A stretch of DNA of 64,000 nucleotides from Octopus sinensis (taxonomy: Eukaryota). The notes beneath the pieces were generated by a model. That model had not been told where the DNA came from. It ran no database searches and saw only the letters and a list, made by a program, of their open reading frames with translations. The stretch covers positions 54,002,001 through 54,066,000 of the forward strand of contig NC_043006.1 in assembly GCF_006345805.1 (NCBI RefSeq), written 5' to 3'. Position numbers and translations under genes: made by a program. Shown one piece after another: positions 36,155 through 49,214 of the stretch (the first letter of the stretch is position 1; each line of letters begins with the position of its first letter).

Positions 36155-38109
36155 GTTTAAAGCCCTTCGAGTGCATTCGGAAGTGAGAAAACCTTCCGCT
36201 GCGAAAATAATCCAAGGCTTCACTCACATCAAAAAAGGTACCGTGTGCTGTTTTAATAAAAAATAATTTTACCAATAGAGTAAAAGAAGAATGAAAGGGT
36301 TAATACAAAATAATTTCTTTCTTATCGAGTTGTGAATGAGAGGTCTAGTGTTTGTAGAATGCAGAAACGCCATTCACAGTTTAACATGTATTATACCACA
36401 TGTCTAGGACAAAAATTTTCTTCCGGATCTATTTCCGCAGCAAAAGGCATTCTCATGTCCGAATGCACTTGAACCTTTTAAATATGATATTATTGTAATT
36501 ATATTTTGTTCAACGCTACTATGTGTGACATTATCTACAAATAACTTATTATTCTGGAAGAGTAAATAACATGTTTTCTACAAAATACATTTAGATTAAA
36601 TTTTATTAAAAGACGCTTCTATTCTCGTGGAGCGCCAGAATTTTTTTTTTTATGGAAAATACTTTGTGAAACACTGCCTCGAGTAATAATATATAGCCAC
36701 GTACGTCACTGCCGTCATAGACGGATGAGCTCGAAAGGATGTGTGTTCTCAAAAGAGGCAGAAAAAACATAGTAATTGAAGAAACTCTAGCGGTTGACTT
36801 TCTAAGAAGAAAGAATTGGACGTAAAGACATCATCTGCGAGTCAAACACTGGAGTGTATCAGTGAACAACCTCATATTAATCAGTCGTTTGGTTTTTCTA
36901 TCTTTGAATGCGGTTTAGGATGTCTGTGTGAGAGGAAGCAACACTATCCAGGTGTAGGAGGGGACTTATACATTGAGTTTTGTACATAGGGTTAGTAAAA
37001 GGAGTTCGAAGGCATTCTAGTCTTTTATCTCATAATATACGTAGGATTAGATTATGCAATGCTTTTCTTTTTTTAATAAGTAACGTGTGATTTGAGGGAC
37101 ATTTGGTTGCTATTTTAGCAAGTAGAAGCTCCCTCGTCGACTCGAGTGTATTGTTATATTGAAACTGTCTCTAGTAAGCCATTCCTGGAAGTTATTTCAT
37201 AATACTTGACACAAAGTTCCTATTGAACTATCAAACAATTCGACTACCTCTACATGGATAGGTCACTCATTTTATGAGATGGTTTGTTGAATTATGAACC
37301 TGATCTAATTTAGAACATTCAATACCTCACCCTACACCCGATGCAGTCACGCCTGATTGGTTTACATACAGTAATCAGTGACTGATAAGTTACTTATTAG
37401 TCTGACCTAGATAAAACGGACCATGCTCGGGAACACCGACCGTGGAAGAAAATTTCGGCGAAGTGACTCAAGCGGGCAAAAACAGCAACTAAATCAGACC
37501 CTGTTGTTTTAAAAATGAGAAGAATACATGAAAGGATTTAATCCCATATCCCCCTCAAAGAGATAGGATGGTCACAGGTGGAACGCCTTCGATCATACAT
37601 CTGCTTGATCTTGTCGTTGTTCCAAGATTCTCTACCTGTGACTTCTGAGAGTGTCCAGTTCTCGATGCAGTTCTCAATACCAGATCGTCATGGTACACAG
37701 CTGGTACGTATTTAGTGGAACTTCTGACTAAGCGACTAGTACGTTTTTTTTTTTTTGTTTTTTGTTGTTTTTTTGCAATATAAAAGTGCATAAAAGAAAG
37801 GGTTATAGACGATATATGTGAAGCGAACTGGCAAAAATCAGGGAATGGAAAAGCAGGTAGCAGATTGCATCCCTGGGGAATAACTAAAGACTATTCTTTA
37901 AATGATGAACACACAATAATGCAAGAGTACAAAGAAGGGATGGGGAACGGCACGTAGGATCACGTGGCAAACCTATACTTCAACTATTACGTCTGTATAT
38001 GTGGCGGAGGAGGGGATGTTAGACCAGCTGAACATTTGAACATCCATCGAAAGGGAAACTCCTCCCTTTGCTTACCTATAAGTATTAATCACATGCCCAT
38101 ATACACCCG

Positions 38110-38153
38110 TTTGTATGTACAATAACAGACATATATATGTGTGTGTGTGTATG

Positions 38154-38184
<31 letters not shown>

Positions 38185-38247
38185 ATGTATATGTATATAA
38201 TATATATATATATATATAATATATATTTGCATGTGTGTATACACACC

Positions 38248-38324
<77 letters not shown>

Positions 38325-38408
38325 CACACGCACACTTTCAACTTTAAATATTTATATAAACCAGAAGAACACTTTTGGAAAGTGTGTATGTACGTGTGTA
38401 TAAAGACA

Positions 38409-38444
<36 letters not shown>

Positions 38445-38578
38445 CTCTCTCACTCTCTCTCACACACAAACACACACACATACACATACAAACACATAAT
38501 CACACACATAGACATACATGTTTACATACATCCATCCATCCATACATCCATCCATCCATCCATCCATCCATACATACA

Positions 38579-38610
<32 letters not shown>

Positions 38611-38638
38611 CATACATACATACATACATACATACATG
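38110..38638. repeat. Compound (TG)/(TA)/(CA)/(CCAT)/(CATA) microsatellites
   Basis: Directly visible. Confidence 0.9.
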
Positions 38639-39082
38639 GATACCTTACTATCGTTTCGCTTTCTATCGAGGATTTTCTTCTTCTTTTTTCGCTCTATCAC
38701 CTTTCTTATATTTCATTTCATTTATTCATCTATTTATTTGTTGTGGGACGATGATGGAGCAGGGAGATGTTCTTTGTTTTTTCTTTTTCTTTTTTTTTTC
38801 TTTTTCATAAATTGTTCAGCCTTAACTCCCATCCACCCCACCCACCTCCGCCCTTTATCTCACTGGTGAAATACAATTGTCCTATTCAGGTAAAAGCCTC
38901 CGTCCCACAACAGACGCGAGTCGTGTCGTAGTAAATTCACCGACAAATGTTTCTTGACAGCCTTTCTATCTAGCACTCTTTTATACCTACCGACACAGAG
39001 AAGGGATTAGGTGTATGCAGTGTGAAGATATAGACACATATACATACATACGTACATACATGCATACATACGCATAGACACG

Positions 39083-39152
<70 letters not shown>

Positions 39153-39164
39153 CCGACACAGACT

Positions 39165-39340
39165 TTTACTTGTTTCAGTCATTTGAGTGCGGCCATGCTG
39201 GAGCTCCGCCTTTAGTCAAACTAATCGACTCCAGGACCATATTCTTTGTAAGCCTAGTACTTAATTTGCCGAACCGCTAGTTGCGGGACGTAAACGTACC
39301 GACATCGATTGTCAAGCGATAGTGGTGGGGACAAACACAA
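39165..39340 (-). mobile_element. SINE family A, 3' half
   Basis: TTTTACTTGTTTCAGTCATTTGAGTGCGGCCATGCTGGAGC. Confidence 0.85.
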
Positions 39341-39376
39341 ACACAAATATATTATATATATATTATATATATAATA

Positions 39377-39414
<38 letters not shown>

Positions 39415-39455
39415 CATACATACATCATACATATATATATATTCATATTTAATAT

Positions 39456-39503
<48 letters not shown>

Positions 39504-39584
39504 ATAATATTATGATAGAAATGAAAGGAAAAGAAACAAAAGAATGAAAGAGACCTCGATATCATGTAAATAGAGGAATTTATC

Positions 39585-39751
39585 TGTAAATATAATATGT
39601 AACAATTATTCGGTAGCCATGGTAAAACCCACGCCGGTGTCTCTTCAGTTATCGAGCCAACGAAGAGATGCCGACGTGTGTTTCAGCCCCGACATTCGAA
39701 ACTCGGAGTTTTATCATGGCTACTGAATAATTGTTACATATTATATTTACA
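39585..39751. mobile_element. Inverted Penelope-like termini (44-bp arms) with degenerate hammerhead cores
   Basis: Arms 39585-39628 and 39708-39751 have 2 mismatches. The spacer has GATAA-CTGAAGA on - and CGAAGA...GAAACTCGGAGTTTTATC on +. Confidence 0.6.
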
Positions 39752-41018
39752 TATATATAATATTTATATATATATTATATTATATCATATTATATATATA
39801 TATATATATATCTATATATATAATATATATATATATAAAAATATGATATATATATATATAATTTGAGGGAATATTATTCCTAACTTACAGGGAAAAATTC
39901 AATTTAGAAATACCAAATCAAATTTCACAAAATATAATATATATATAAATTAGAAAAAAACCATATTATTGTTTTTTATATTTAATATTTCTATTATGTG
40001 TAATTTCTAGATAGTGTAATTTAATTTTTATTTTGAATTGATAAAAGGTGTTTTTTTCTAATATATATATATATAATTATAAATAAAATATATATATATA
40101 TATATATATAATATATATAATATCCTTATATAAATATATATGCAAGTATATGGGAGTATATACATGCATATGCATACACATATATTGTGGTTTGTGTGTA
40201 TATATATATATGTACATGCAGACCTATATTGCACATAGATATGTATGTATGAAGGTATATATGTATGTATGTATGTATGCATATGTATGTATGTATGTAT
40301 GTACGTACGTATGTATATATATATACACATTAGACACACATCTTCATGCATAATACATACGAATGTGTATACATATGCATGCATATATATATATGTGGGG
40401 GCAGGGCCTCAATATGAATATACTTTAATGTGTATGTGTGTGTGTGTGTGTGTGTGTGTACCCACGTACTCTGTTTTTCAAAGATACGCATATTCCTCTT
40501 TTCTCTTACATTCTCTTCTATTCCATTCTTTGTCTTTCCATTTTTCCTGATGTTTGTGTTACAATACGTATGTGCTTGAGAATGTGTGCTTCTCTATGTC
40601 TTCAACGTGCATGCGTCTGTGTTCTCGCACGCAAGTGCGTTTGTGAGTGTGTGTTCGCGCGTGTGTGTGTGTGTGTGTGTGTACAAAAATTGGTGACAAG
40701 AGGAGAGAAAGACAAGAAAAGAAATATGGTAGTTAAACACACATAGAGGGAGTGAGAGAATGAGAGGTGGGGGAAAGAGACGGGAGAAATGATAGGGAGA
40801 GTGTGTGTAAGGAGAGATTTGCCGACCATCACTTGTTAATTATACAGTGTTGTCCGGCCACCCATACACAAACTCCTTGGAATGCACCTGCCTAGGTAAG
40901 TTGGAGACGCTAGTTTGAGGTTTTATTCTTCTGTGAGGAGATAAGATTCGATATCATCACTGTAGTTCAGGCTTCCTCAAACTTTTCTTGAGAAGTGAAC
41001 TGCATTAGACATGGCTCA

Positions 41019-41720
41019 AATGGTACTTATTTATCAACCCCCAAAACGATGAAAGGCAAAATCAATCTCGGTAGAATTTGAACTCAGAACATAAAGATGG
41101 GTGAAATGCCGCTAAGCATTTTGCCCGGCATGCTAACGATTCTGCCAGCTCGTCGACTTATATTGGTTTCAAATTTTGACACAAGGCCAGAAATTTCGAG
41201 AGAATAGATAAGTCGATTACATCGATCCTGGTGTTCAAGTGGTACTAATTTTGTCGACCCTAAAAGAATGAAAGGCTAAGTTGACCTCGGCAGGTCAAAA
41301 TGTTTCTAAACTTTTTGACCGGCGTGCTAACGATTGTAATAATAATAATAATATTCCTTTTTACTATAGGCACAAAGCCTGAAATTTTGGGGGAACCACA
41401 CCAGTACACAACTGGTACTTAATTTATCGACCCCGAAAGGTTGAAAGGCAAAGTCGACCTCCGCGGAATTTGAACTCAGAACGTAACGGCAGACGAAATA
41501 CCTATTTCTTTACTACCCACAAGGGGCTAAACACAGAGAGGACAAACAAGGACAGACAAAGGGATTAAGTTGATTATATCGACCCCAGTGCGTAACTGGT
41601 ACTTATTTAATCGACCCCGAAAGGGTGAAAGGCAAAGTCGACCTCGGCGGAATTTGAACTCGGAACGTAGCGGCAGACGAAATACCGCTAAGCATTTCGC
41701 TCAGCGTGCTGCCAGCTTGT
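41019..41720 (-). mobile_element. Array of three SINE family B copies; 41355-41720 is a multimer
   Basis: Repeated reverse-complement B bodies. Junction GACGAAATACCTATTTCTTTACTACCCACAAG at about 41491-41522. Confidence 0.88.
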
Positions 41721-41727
41721 CATCTCG

Positions 41728-41900
41728 ATGATGATGATGATGATGATGATGATGAGAAAGGAGGAGGAAGAGGAGGAGAAGGAGGAGGAAGAGGAGGAGA
41801 AAGGAGGAGGAAGAGGAGGAGAAAGGAGGAGGAAGAGGAGGAGGAGGAGGAGGAGAAAGGAGGAGGAGGGTAGGGAGAGGAAGAGGTAAACGACGACGAG
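41728..41900. repeat. (GAT)n and (GAG/GGA)n purine-rich triplet tract
   Basis: Directly visible. Confidence 0.85.
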
Positions 41901-41989
41901 TAGTTTTGAGGGGAGGGGGAAGTAGATTCTTCAGTTCGTCGGTATTTTATCTTATGGACGCCGAAATAATGAAAAAGCAAACTTGACAT

Positions 41990-42370
41990 CGACGGGACCT
42001 GAATTCACAATGTGAAGAGCCGAAAGAGACGCGTCTAAGCATTTTATCCGACACGGTAACGATTCGCCTCCTTAGTGATTCCAGATTTTAGCACGAGGCC
42101 AGCAATTTTAGGAGAGGTTAAGTAATACCATTGACCTCAATACTTCACTTGGTAGTTTATTTTGTATATGCCGAAAGGTAAAGTTTACCATGGCCATATT
42201 TGAATTCAGAACATCATGTGTCAAAAGAAACGCCGCTATCCGATGCTGTAACGATTCTACCAGCACGCCACCCTTAAAATGGTCTTAACTTTGGCACAAG
42301 GCCTGAAATTTGAGTGGAGAGGAGTTAGTGGCAACCATCGACTCCTGTCATAATTGGTACTTTATGTTAT
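41990..42370. mobile_element. Degraded SINE family B fragments
   Basis: Diverged B motifs such as TAAGCATTTTATCCG and CGATTCTACCAGC. Confidence 0.6.
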
Positions 42371-43439
42371 CGAGTTAGAGGAAAAGGACAGTCATATTGT
42401 CAAGAGAACACCTGTGGACACATGTCTCTACCTAAATAGCATAGTAATTAACGAAAGAATCCCCACCACAGCCACCGTATGCTTCTGAATAGTTGTCTAC
42501 TGTATACAGCAGCCAATTTCCTTCCACTCACATTATACTAGCTTAAAAAAGGGAATGATACATTAGATAATTGTAGTTCGAGATGAGTTTATCACTTCTG
42601 AATAAAAGATAGGATGACCGCAGCAGGAATGATCATTGGTGTACTTGTTGGGCCAGGACTGACCAGGGATTACATTGAAACCTGAGTGATTAATTATGAT
42701 CATTTTACAGGATTTGTCTGCCCCATTGCATAGAATCCTTTTCCATTTTTCAGGATGATATAAAGAAAGGCTGCAGTTTATGTTTCGTATAATTTAAATG
42801 AGATTTAGATAAGTATGAAGCATGTAAGGCTCATGTAGGTGTGTGACGACCATATTTGTATATAGATGTGGTTTAATATAATGAAGGTGCATGATTTAGT
42901 GGTTAGGATGCTGGACTCATTATCGTAAGATTGTGGTTTCGATTCCTGGTCCGAGAGGGAGGCGAAATGTTTTTCGCACGAGTTCCAGACCCCAGTTATG
43001 AACTCATTTGCATACGGCCAATCAGAGCTCAACCATCAAACTAATTTATGAGGGCATAACAAGTGATGGGCGATAAGGATAAAGAATGACCATGCTTCTT
43101 TTCTCTTTTAATAACGCTTGCTATTCTTGTTCTTGTTTGAACCATGGCTGCCTCTGCGTAGTTGTGTTGCTGTGTACTTTGTACTTGTATTTGTACTAGT
43201 ATGAATCGATATACTAAATAATTTCGTTTTATTTTATATTTATTTTATATTTAGTTTTATTTAGTACAATTTATAAAACTATAAAAAGAAGGGCTAAGTT
43301 TCTTGTTTTGTATCATGCCCTCACACATTTATACAAGATTCAACAAATATTACTTTATGGATAGTGCGGAAATGCGCAAAAATAAAAGGGTATCCCAATA
43401 GCATTTTGTATAATTCCAACCCCGCCGGCCCGCTAAGGT

Positions 43440-43857
43440 CTAAAAATAGATTTATCATTCATTCTGGTTACTCCTTATTGACATTTGAAATGGATAACCA
43501 AAAATTTAATATTTGCGTTGTAATATTTTTCTTTATAAAAAAGGAGAAAAGGCTGCAAAGACTTGCAAAAACATTTGTGAGGTTTATGGTGATAATGCTG
43601 TAGGGGATTCGACAGTTCGAAGGTGGTTTACAAAATTTAAAGCTGGAGCGTTTAGCTTGGAAGATGGCAGTTGCAGTGGAAGACCTTCAAAATTGGATGA
43701 AGATGTTTTGAAGGCAAAAATCGAAGAAAACTCAAATGTCATGATAAGATAACTTGCAGAGGAGTTGGGAGTTTCTAAAAGTACCGTTCATGAAGTATAT
43801 CCCTTCTTGCATATTCAGAACTTTCCGGACATTCAGAACTTTCCGGACAACCTAATA
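43440..43857 (+). mobile_element. Second mariner family, deleted copy: transposase N-terminus plus right TIR
   Basis: MDNQKF/CNIFLYKKGEKAAKTCKNICEVYGDNAVGDSTVRRWFTKFKAG..SLED..CSGRPSKLDEDVLK. Ends GAACTTTCCGGACAACCTAATA. No left TIR found. Confidence 0.8.
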
Positions 43858-44517
43858 TATACATACCAATACATACATACACACATACACATATACATAG
43901 ATATACATTCTTATGTACACATACATATACGCATACATACATACTCATATATATATGTACATTCATACCAACACATGCATACATGCATTCATACATACAT
44001 AAATACACACATATATACATACACACACATATATATTTATTTATTTAGTTTCAGCTCACAAGCAGTGGCCATGCTGAGGCACCGCCATTTTGCTGGGGCA
44101 CCGCCATATATGTACATTCATACCAACACATACATACATACATTCATACATACATAAAAACATACATACATACATACATACATACATACATACACACATA
44201 CACACATATATATATACACACATACATACATACACACACACACATACATACATACCCTTACACCTTCAGACATAAGCTCGAAAGCTGACATAGCGAATAA
44301 TGATTGTTTTCCTCCTCTGCTCCCACCCGACCCAGCTTATTTATATACATACACACATACATACATGAATACATGCACGCATGCATTTATACATACATAC
44401 TCACATACATGCATCCATATATGTATGCATACATACACACATACATATATATATATATATATTCATGCGTACCTACACTCATTCATGCATACATGCATTC
44501 ATGCATACATACATACA

Positions 44518-44897
44518 GGGTGGTTGTGTGGTAGGTAGCGTGCTTCCCAACCACATAGTTCCGGGTTCAGCCCCAATGCGTGGAACCTTGGGCAAGTGTT
44601 TTCTGCTAAAGCCTTAGGCCGACCAAAGCTTTGTGAGTGGATTTGGTAGGCGGAAACTGAAAGCAGCCTGTCGTATATATATGTATACATGTTTGTGGTT
44701 GTGTGTTTGTCCCGACCCCAGTATCGTTTGACAACCGATGCTGGTGTGCTTACGTCTCTGTAAATTAGCGGTTCGGCAAAAGGTACCGATAGAATAAGTG
44801 CAGGGAGTAAGTCCTGGAGTCGATTTGATCTACTAAAAGCGGTGCTCCAGAATGGCCGCAGTCAAATGGCTGAAACAAGTAAAAGAATAAAAGAATA
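44518..44897 (+). mobile_element. SINE family A, full length
   Basis: Head, core and AAAAGAATAAAAGAAT tail. Confidence 0.88.
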
Positions 44898-44941
44898 ATA
44901 CATTCATTCTTGCATACATGTACCCGCCTTTTATTTATGTA

Positions 44942-45966
44942 CTAGCATTAAAGACCCGTCGTTGCCGGGTCATAGTGCTAGTGCATGTATATATGTGTAT
45001 ATATATGTGTATATATATGTGTACATATTACATGTACATCTATATATATACATCTACACATAAAATACAAAATACAAAGTTATATCTTGATATCGCTAGT
45101 GATAACAATACTCAAAATATATAACAGACTGGAATTGTTAGCCCGTCTCTTGTAATTTCGATCAATTGTATCTTGTCCTCCTTCTTGTATAGAAGTGTGG
45201 CTACAATCCAGCCTACCTCTACTTCATGGCATTAAAAAAATTTTTCCGGGACGTCCTACGTCCCAGATATAAAGGTAAAAATAAAATATTTCCACTTTGC
45301 AAGTTCGAGTCGAGTACTCCTTTGCACGCTCCCTTGACTCGAACCTTGCTTCTATTGTGGTGAATTTACCGCCTCTGATTAGATACCTTTCATAGTCGCA
45401 CCAAGACACTTTTCGATGGTGCTTTCCTCCATTTGTCCAAATCTTGTTTTTTCTCTACATTGTATACTTTATAGACAATAGTATTTTCTTTAATTTAATT
45501 TTTTATTATCCATCTGGACTATTCCATTTCTGTACGCTAATTTTATTTTTTAATTTATTCCCATTCATGTGAAACCACTTATTCAAGTTCAAATCATTAA
45601 TGCAATTTTATACCAATTGCTATTTTTACTTTTGTTATGTTACTTTAGTTTGATTTTAATTATTACTTACTACATATAATTCAATTGTTATTATTATTTT
45701 TATTGTTAAAGTGAAAGTATCTGACATAAAATAGAGAAACGTTTTTGTTTCACTTTTAACACGTAATACTGAAATAGTGGAGAAGATATGATATTGCTAT
45801 GGGCTCGCTCTAGGCAAGAAGTTGAACATTTTTTTTGCCGATGACACTCCCTGGGCCCTAAGTAAGGCATGTGTAAAATTTGAATGAAATTGGTTGTGTA
45901 GTTCTCAAGTTTTAGGGAAACACATAGACAGACAGACACACATTCTCAGTTTTATATATATAAAGA
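44942..45966 (-). mobile_element. Non-autonomous Helitron with both ends intact (1025 bp)
   Basis: Minus strand A|TCTTTATATATATAAAA...(CTGT)n 5' end. 3' hairpin GACCCG-7nt-CGGGTC (44953-44971) shortly before CTAG|T. No TSD. Internal remnants GRPGKIFL and WIVATLL resemble Pif1 GGTGKTFL and GIAATLL. Confidence 0.8.
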
Positions 45967-46011
45967 TATATCAGCGCATGAATGTACATACCTGTGTGCG
46001 GTTATACGTAT

Positions 46012-46050
<39 letters not shown>

Positions 46051-46168
46051 TCTTTTTCTTAAGGAGGTGAAACATGAGTTGAGACGTGGCTGCTATTTCT
46101 TGCAGACCGAGCAACCGTGTAGAAAGCCCCCCCCACCCACCCCGGATGATTCAGAACATTGCTTGTTG

Positions 46169-47168
46169 TTATTGTTGTTCTTGTTGTTGCTGCTCGTGGG
46201 GGATGAAGATGGTTTTATTATTTTTGTTTGCGGTAGCAGGGGTGGGGGCTGATAATCCTGCTATGATGCTGGTAATGGCGGCGGCGGCGGCGGGGAGAGT
46301 TTTTGGCTGTGATGATGGTGTTGTTATTGTTGTTTTTGTTGGTGGTGGTAGTGGTGGTGGTGGTCGTCGTCGTCGTCGTCGTGGCGGTGGTGGAGGTGGT
46401 GGTGGTAGTGGCGGTGGTGGAGGTGGTGGTGGTGGTGGTAGTGGCGGTGGTGGTAGTGGCGGTGGTGGTAGTGGCGGTGGTGGTAGTGTTAGAAGCGGTG
46501 GTGGTGGTGGTGATGGTGTTAGTGGTGGTGGTGGTTGTGGTGGTGGTGGTTTTGGTGGTGGTGGTGTGGTAGTCGTGGAAAAAAAAAAAACATCTCCCCT
46601 CCTCCCTCCCCTCACGTTTCCCCGCGCTTCTTTATCTGTTTTGAACCGTGTGAATAGCTTGTTCCGGAGGCGACACGAGTAGCGCACGCGAACCACCACC
46701 CACGGGGCCCCGGTAAGAAACGATGTAAATAGGTGGAAGCACACATATTTCTTTCGTTTGTTTGGCTTCTCTCTGTTTGCAACCTCCAGAGGAGAGACGT
46801 GGTGGTGGTGACGATGATGACAGTGGCGGTCGACGGAGGAGTGGATCATGTGGTTGTTTTTCATGCGCTGTTGCTGCTGCTGCTGCTGGTGGTGGAGCTG
46901 CTGGTGGGGCGGGTGGCGGTGGTTGTAACAGTGGCGGGGTGCTGGTGGTAGTGGAAGTGGTCGTGATAGTTGTCGCGATGGTGGTGGTTGTGGTGGTGGT
47001 GGTGGTGGTGGTGGTGGCGGCGGCGGCTGCGGCGGCGGCGGCTGCGGCGGCTGCGGCGGCTGCGGCGGCTGCGGCTGCGGCGGTGGTGGTGGTGATGGTA
47101 CTGCTGGTGGTGGTGGTGGTGCTGCTGCTGCTGCTTGTGGTGGTGGTGGTGGTCGTCGTCATCGACAT
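46169..47168. other. GC-rich triplet-phased island (GGT/GCG/GCT on +; Pro/Ala/Thr/His-rich ORFs on -), possibly coding
   Basis: Long open frames on both strands, e.g. 46632-47168 (-) and 46169-46864 (-). On + there is an intron-like 46713-46789 (GTAAGA...CCAG). Confidence 0.3.
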
Positions 47169-47284
47169 AAAAATGTATGGGGGTGAGGTGAGAAATCAGA
47201 GAGAAAGACAGAGGGAATGAGAAAGATGGAGTGGAAAGAGTGTCAGAATGACAAGATGAAGAACATTGTTTAGATTGAAGGATT

Positions 47285-47289
47285 AAGAG

Positions 47290-47378
<89 letters not shown>

Positions 47379-47391
47379 CAGACAGGTAGAC

Positions 47392-47484
<93 letters not shown>

Positions 47485-47603
47485 CAGACAGACAGACATA
47501 GACAGATATAGCTAGGTAGGTAGGGAGATAGGTAAGTAGGTAGGTAGATACAGACAGACAGACAGGTAGACAGACAGGTAGACAGACAGGTAGACAGATA
47601 GAC

Positions 47604-47700
<97 letters not shown>

Positions 47701-47892
47701 CATACATACATGCATACATGCATACATACATACATACATACATACATACATACATACATACATACATACATACATACATAGACATACATAGATATATAGA
47801 TAGGTAGGTAGGTAAGCACGTAAGCACCTACGCACGCACGCATGCAAACACACACGTACAAGCACTCACGCACGCACAAGCACGCACACATA
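47285..47892. repeat. Compound (GATA)/(GACA)/(GGTA)/(CATA)/(CACG) tetranucleotide tract
   Basis: Directly visible. Confidence 0.95.
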
Positions 47893-47894
47893 TA

Positions 47895-49128
47895 CACCGA
47901 CATGACAGAAGTAAATAGACACCCTTATAATCGTTAAAATTTATTTAAATCTGAAATTATATATTCAAATTATCTATTAATTATTATAAGGTGAATATCT
48001 AATATTTACTAGACATGCCCTTTGCATTTTTCAATGCAAGGACTCCATTAGGCATGCTACTGATCAGATGACGAATATTCTCTTGAGGAATTTCTTGCCA
48101 AATTTCATGGCGTAATCTCAAAAGATCTGGTTTTGAGGATGCTTTCTTTTTCTTTTTATGAAGTGTTCTGTCCATTATGCCACAGAGGTGTTCAATAGAG
48201 TTCATATTTAGTGACTGGCTTGCCCCTGTAAGCTTTTTAATGCCGTTCTTTTTCAACCAATCTTGGGTCTTTTTAACCATGTAACAAGGAACCACATCTT
48301 TCATAACTAGAGTCTTCTTTAATCATTTCACCACTGGAGAAGATTGGAAGAAGTCCTTTCTGCAGCATGGACACTTATCTCAGTTTATGTTTCCTTCACA
48401 CTCCACCAGCTCTGATCGACCATTGCTCCAAATTGCTCCCCAGACCATCACAGAATAGCTGCTGTGTTTCATTGTTGGCTAAATTGTTTTCATGTCAAAT
48501 TATTGATCACAGAGTCTCCAGACCCGCCCTCGACCATCGTCAGAAAATACAGCAAATCTGGACACATCAGAGAATATGACAGTGTCCCAAATTGCTAGTC
48601 GCTTCTCCACTATCTCACTGGCCCAACCTTTTCTCCGCTTGATATTGGCTGGTCGAAGAAGTGGCTTCCTTCTTGCTGCTCTGCTATAGTAGCCAGGTTT
48701 ATGGAGATATCTGACAGCTGCTCTAGGACTGACATCAACTGCTATGTCAGAGGCTTTGCAATGAGGATTATGCTCCTAACGAAGCGACGAGTCCTGTCAG
48801 AGAGCTCTGGTCGACCTGGACGAGGTGATGTGAACTCCTTCCCCTCTCTGGTGAATTGTACAATCTCTCTGTAAACTGTAGAAAGCGAGGTCCCAAGGTT
48901 TTCTGCGATTTTACGCTAACTCCACCTTCAGACTGACCCACAATGCGGCCTCTTTGAAATTCAGACAGTTCCAAGGCTTCTTTTGTATGTGGCATGATTA
49001 AGCAGTCACATATAGAACCTGAAACATAAGAAATGTCAATTATTAAAAAATATAAACCTTTTCAGGTTAAAACAAAAAAATGTTTTATGAGGTATCTATT
49101 TACTTCTGTTATGCATATATATATTAGT
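47895..49128 (-). mobile_element. Tc1-like (DD34E) transposon, near full length, inactivated
   Basis: Imperfect TIRs CATGACAGAAGTAAATAGACACC / GGTATCTATTTACTTCTGTTATG. Confidence 0.88.
47999..48995 (-). pseudogene. Tc1 transposase pseudogene
   Basis: [60 protein letters not shown] (degenerate SPDLNPIEHLW) and the C-terminal AKGMSSKY*. Confidence 0.9.
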
Positions 49129-49214
49129 GCACTAGTCAACATTTATTTAACTATTGTTGCTTTTGATGATTTGAAATGTAAGGTATACCGTTTTAATAAA
49201 AATTCGAGTTAGCT

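Noticed and set aside
37555-37791. Protein-like frames on both strands (EIGWSQVERLRSY...; IENCIENW...RRRST)
   Set aside because: Weak acceptors and no recognisable family, so they cannot be distinguished from chance.
42420-42720. Possible coding fragments on - (DNYSEAYGGCGGDSFVNYY; GFNVIPGQSWPNKYTNDHSCCGHP)
   Set aside because: An in-frame stop precedes the donor, the phases are incompatible, and the lectin resemblance is only a GG.GG.SF word.
46086-46682. Secreted Gly-rich protein with signal peptide MKMVLLFLFAVAGVGA
   Set aside because: TG-rich low complexity readily gives hydrophobic strings. The upstream acceptor (46075-46125) belongs to a dispersed repeat also seen at about 27020 and 37085. 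Kept only as part of the ambiguous island finding.
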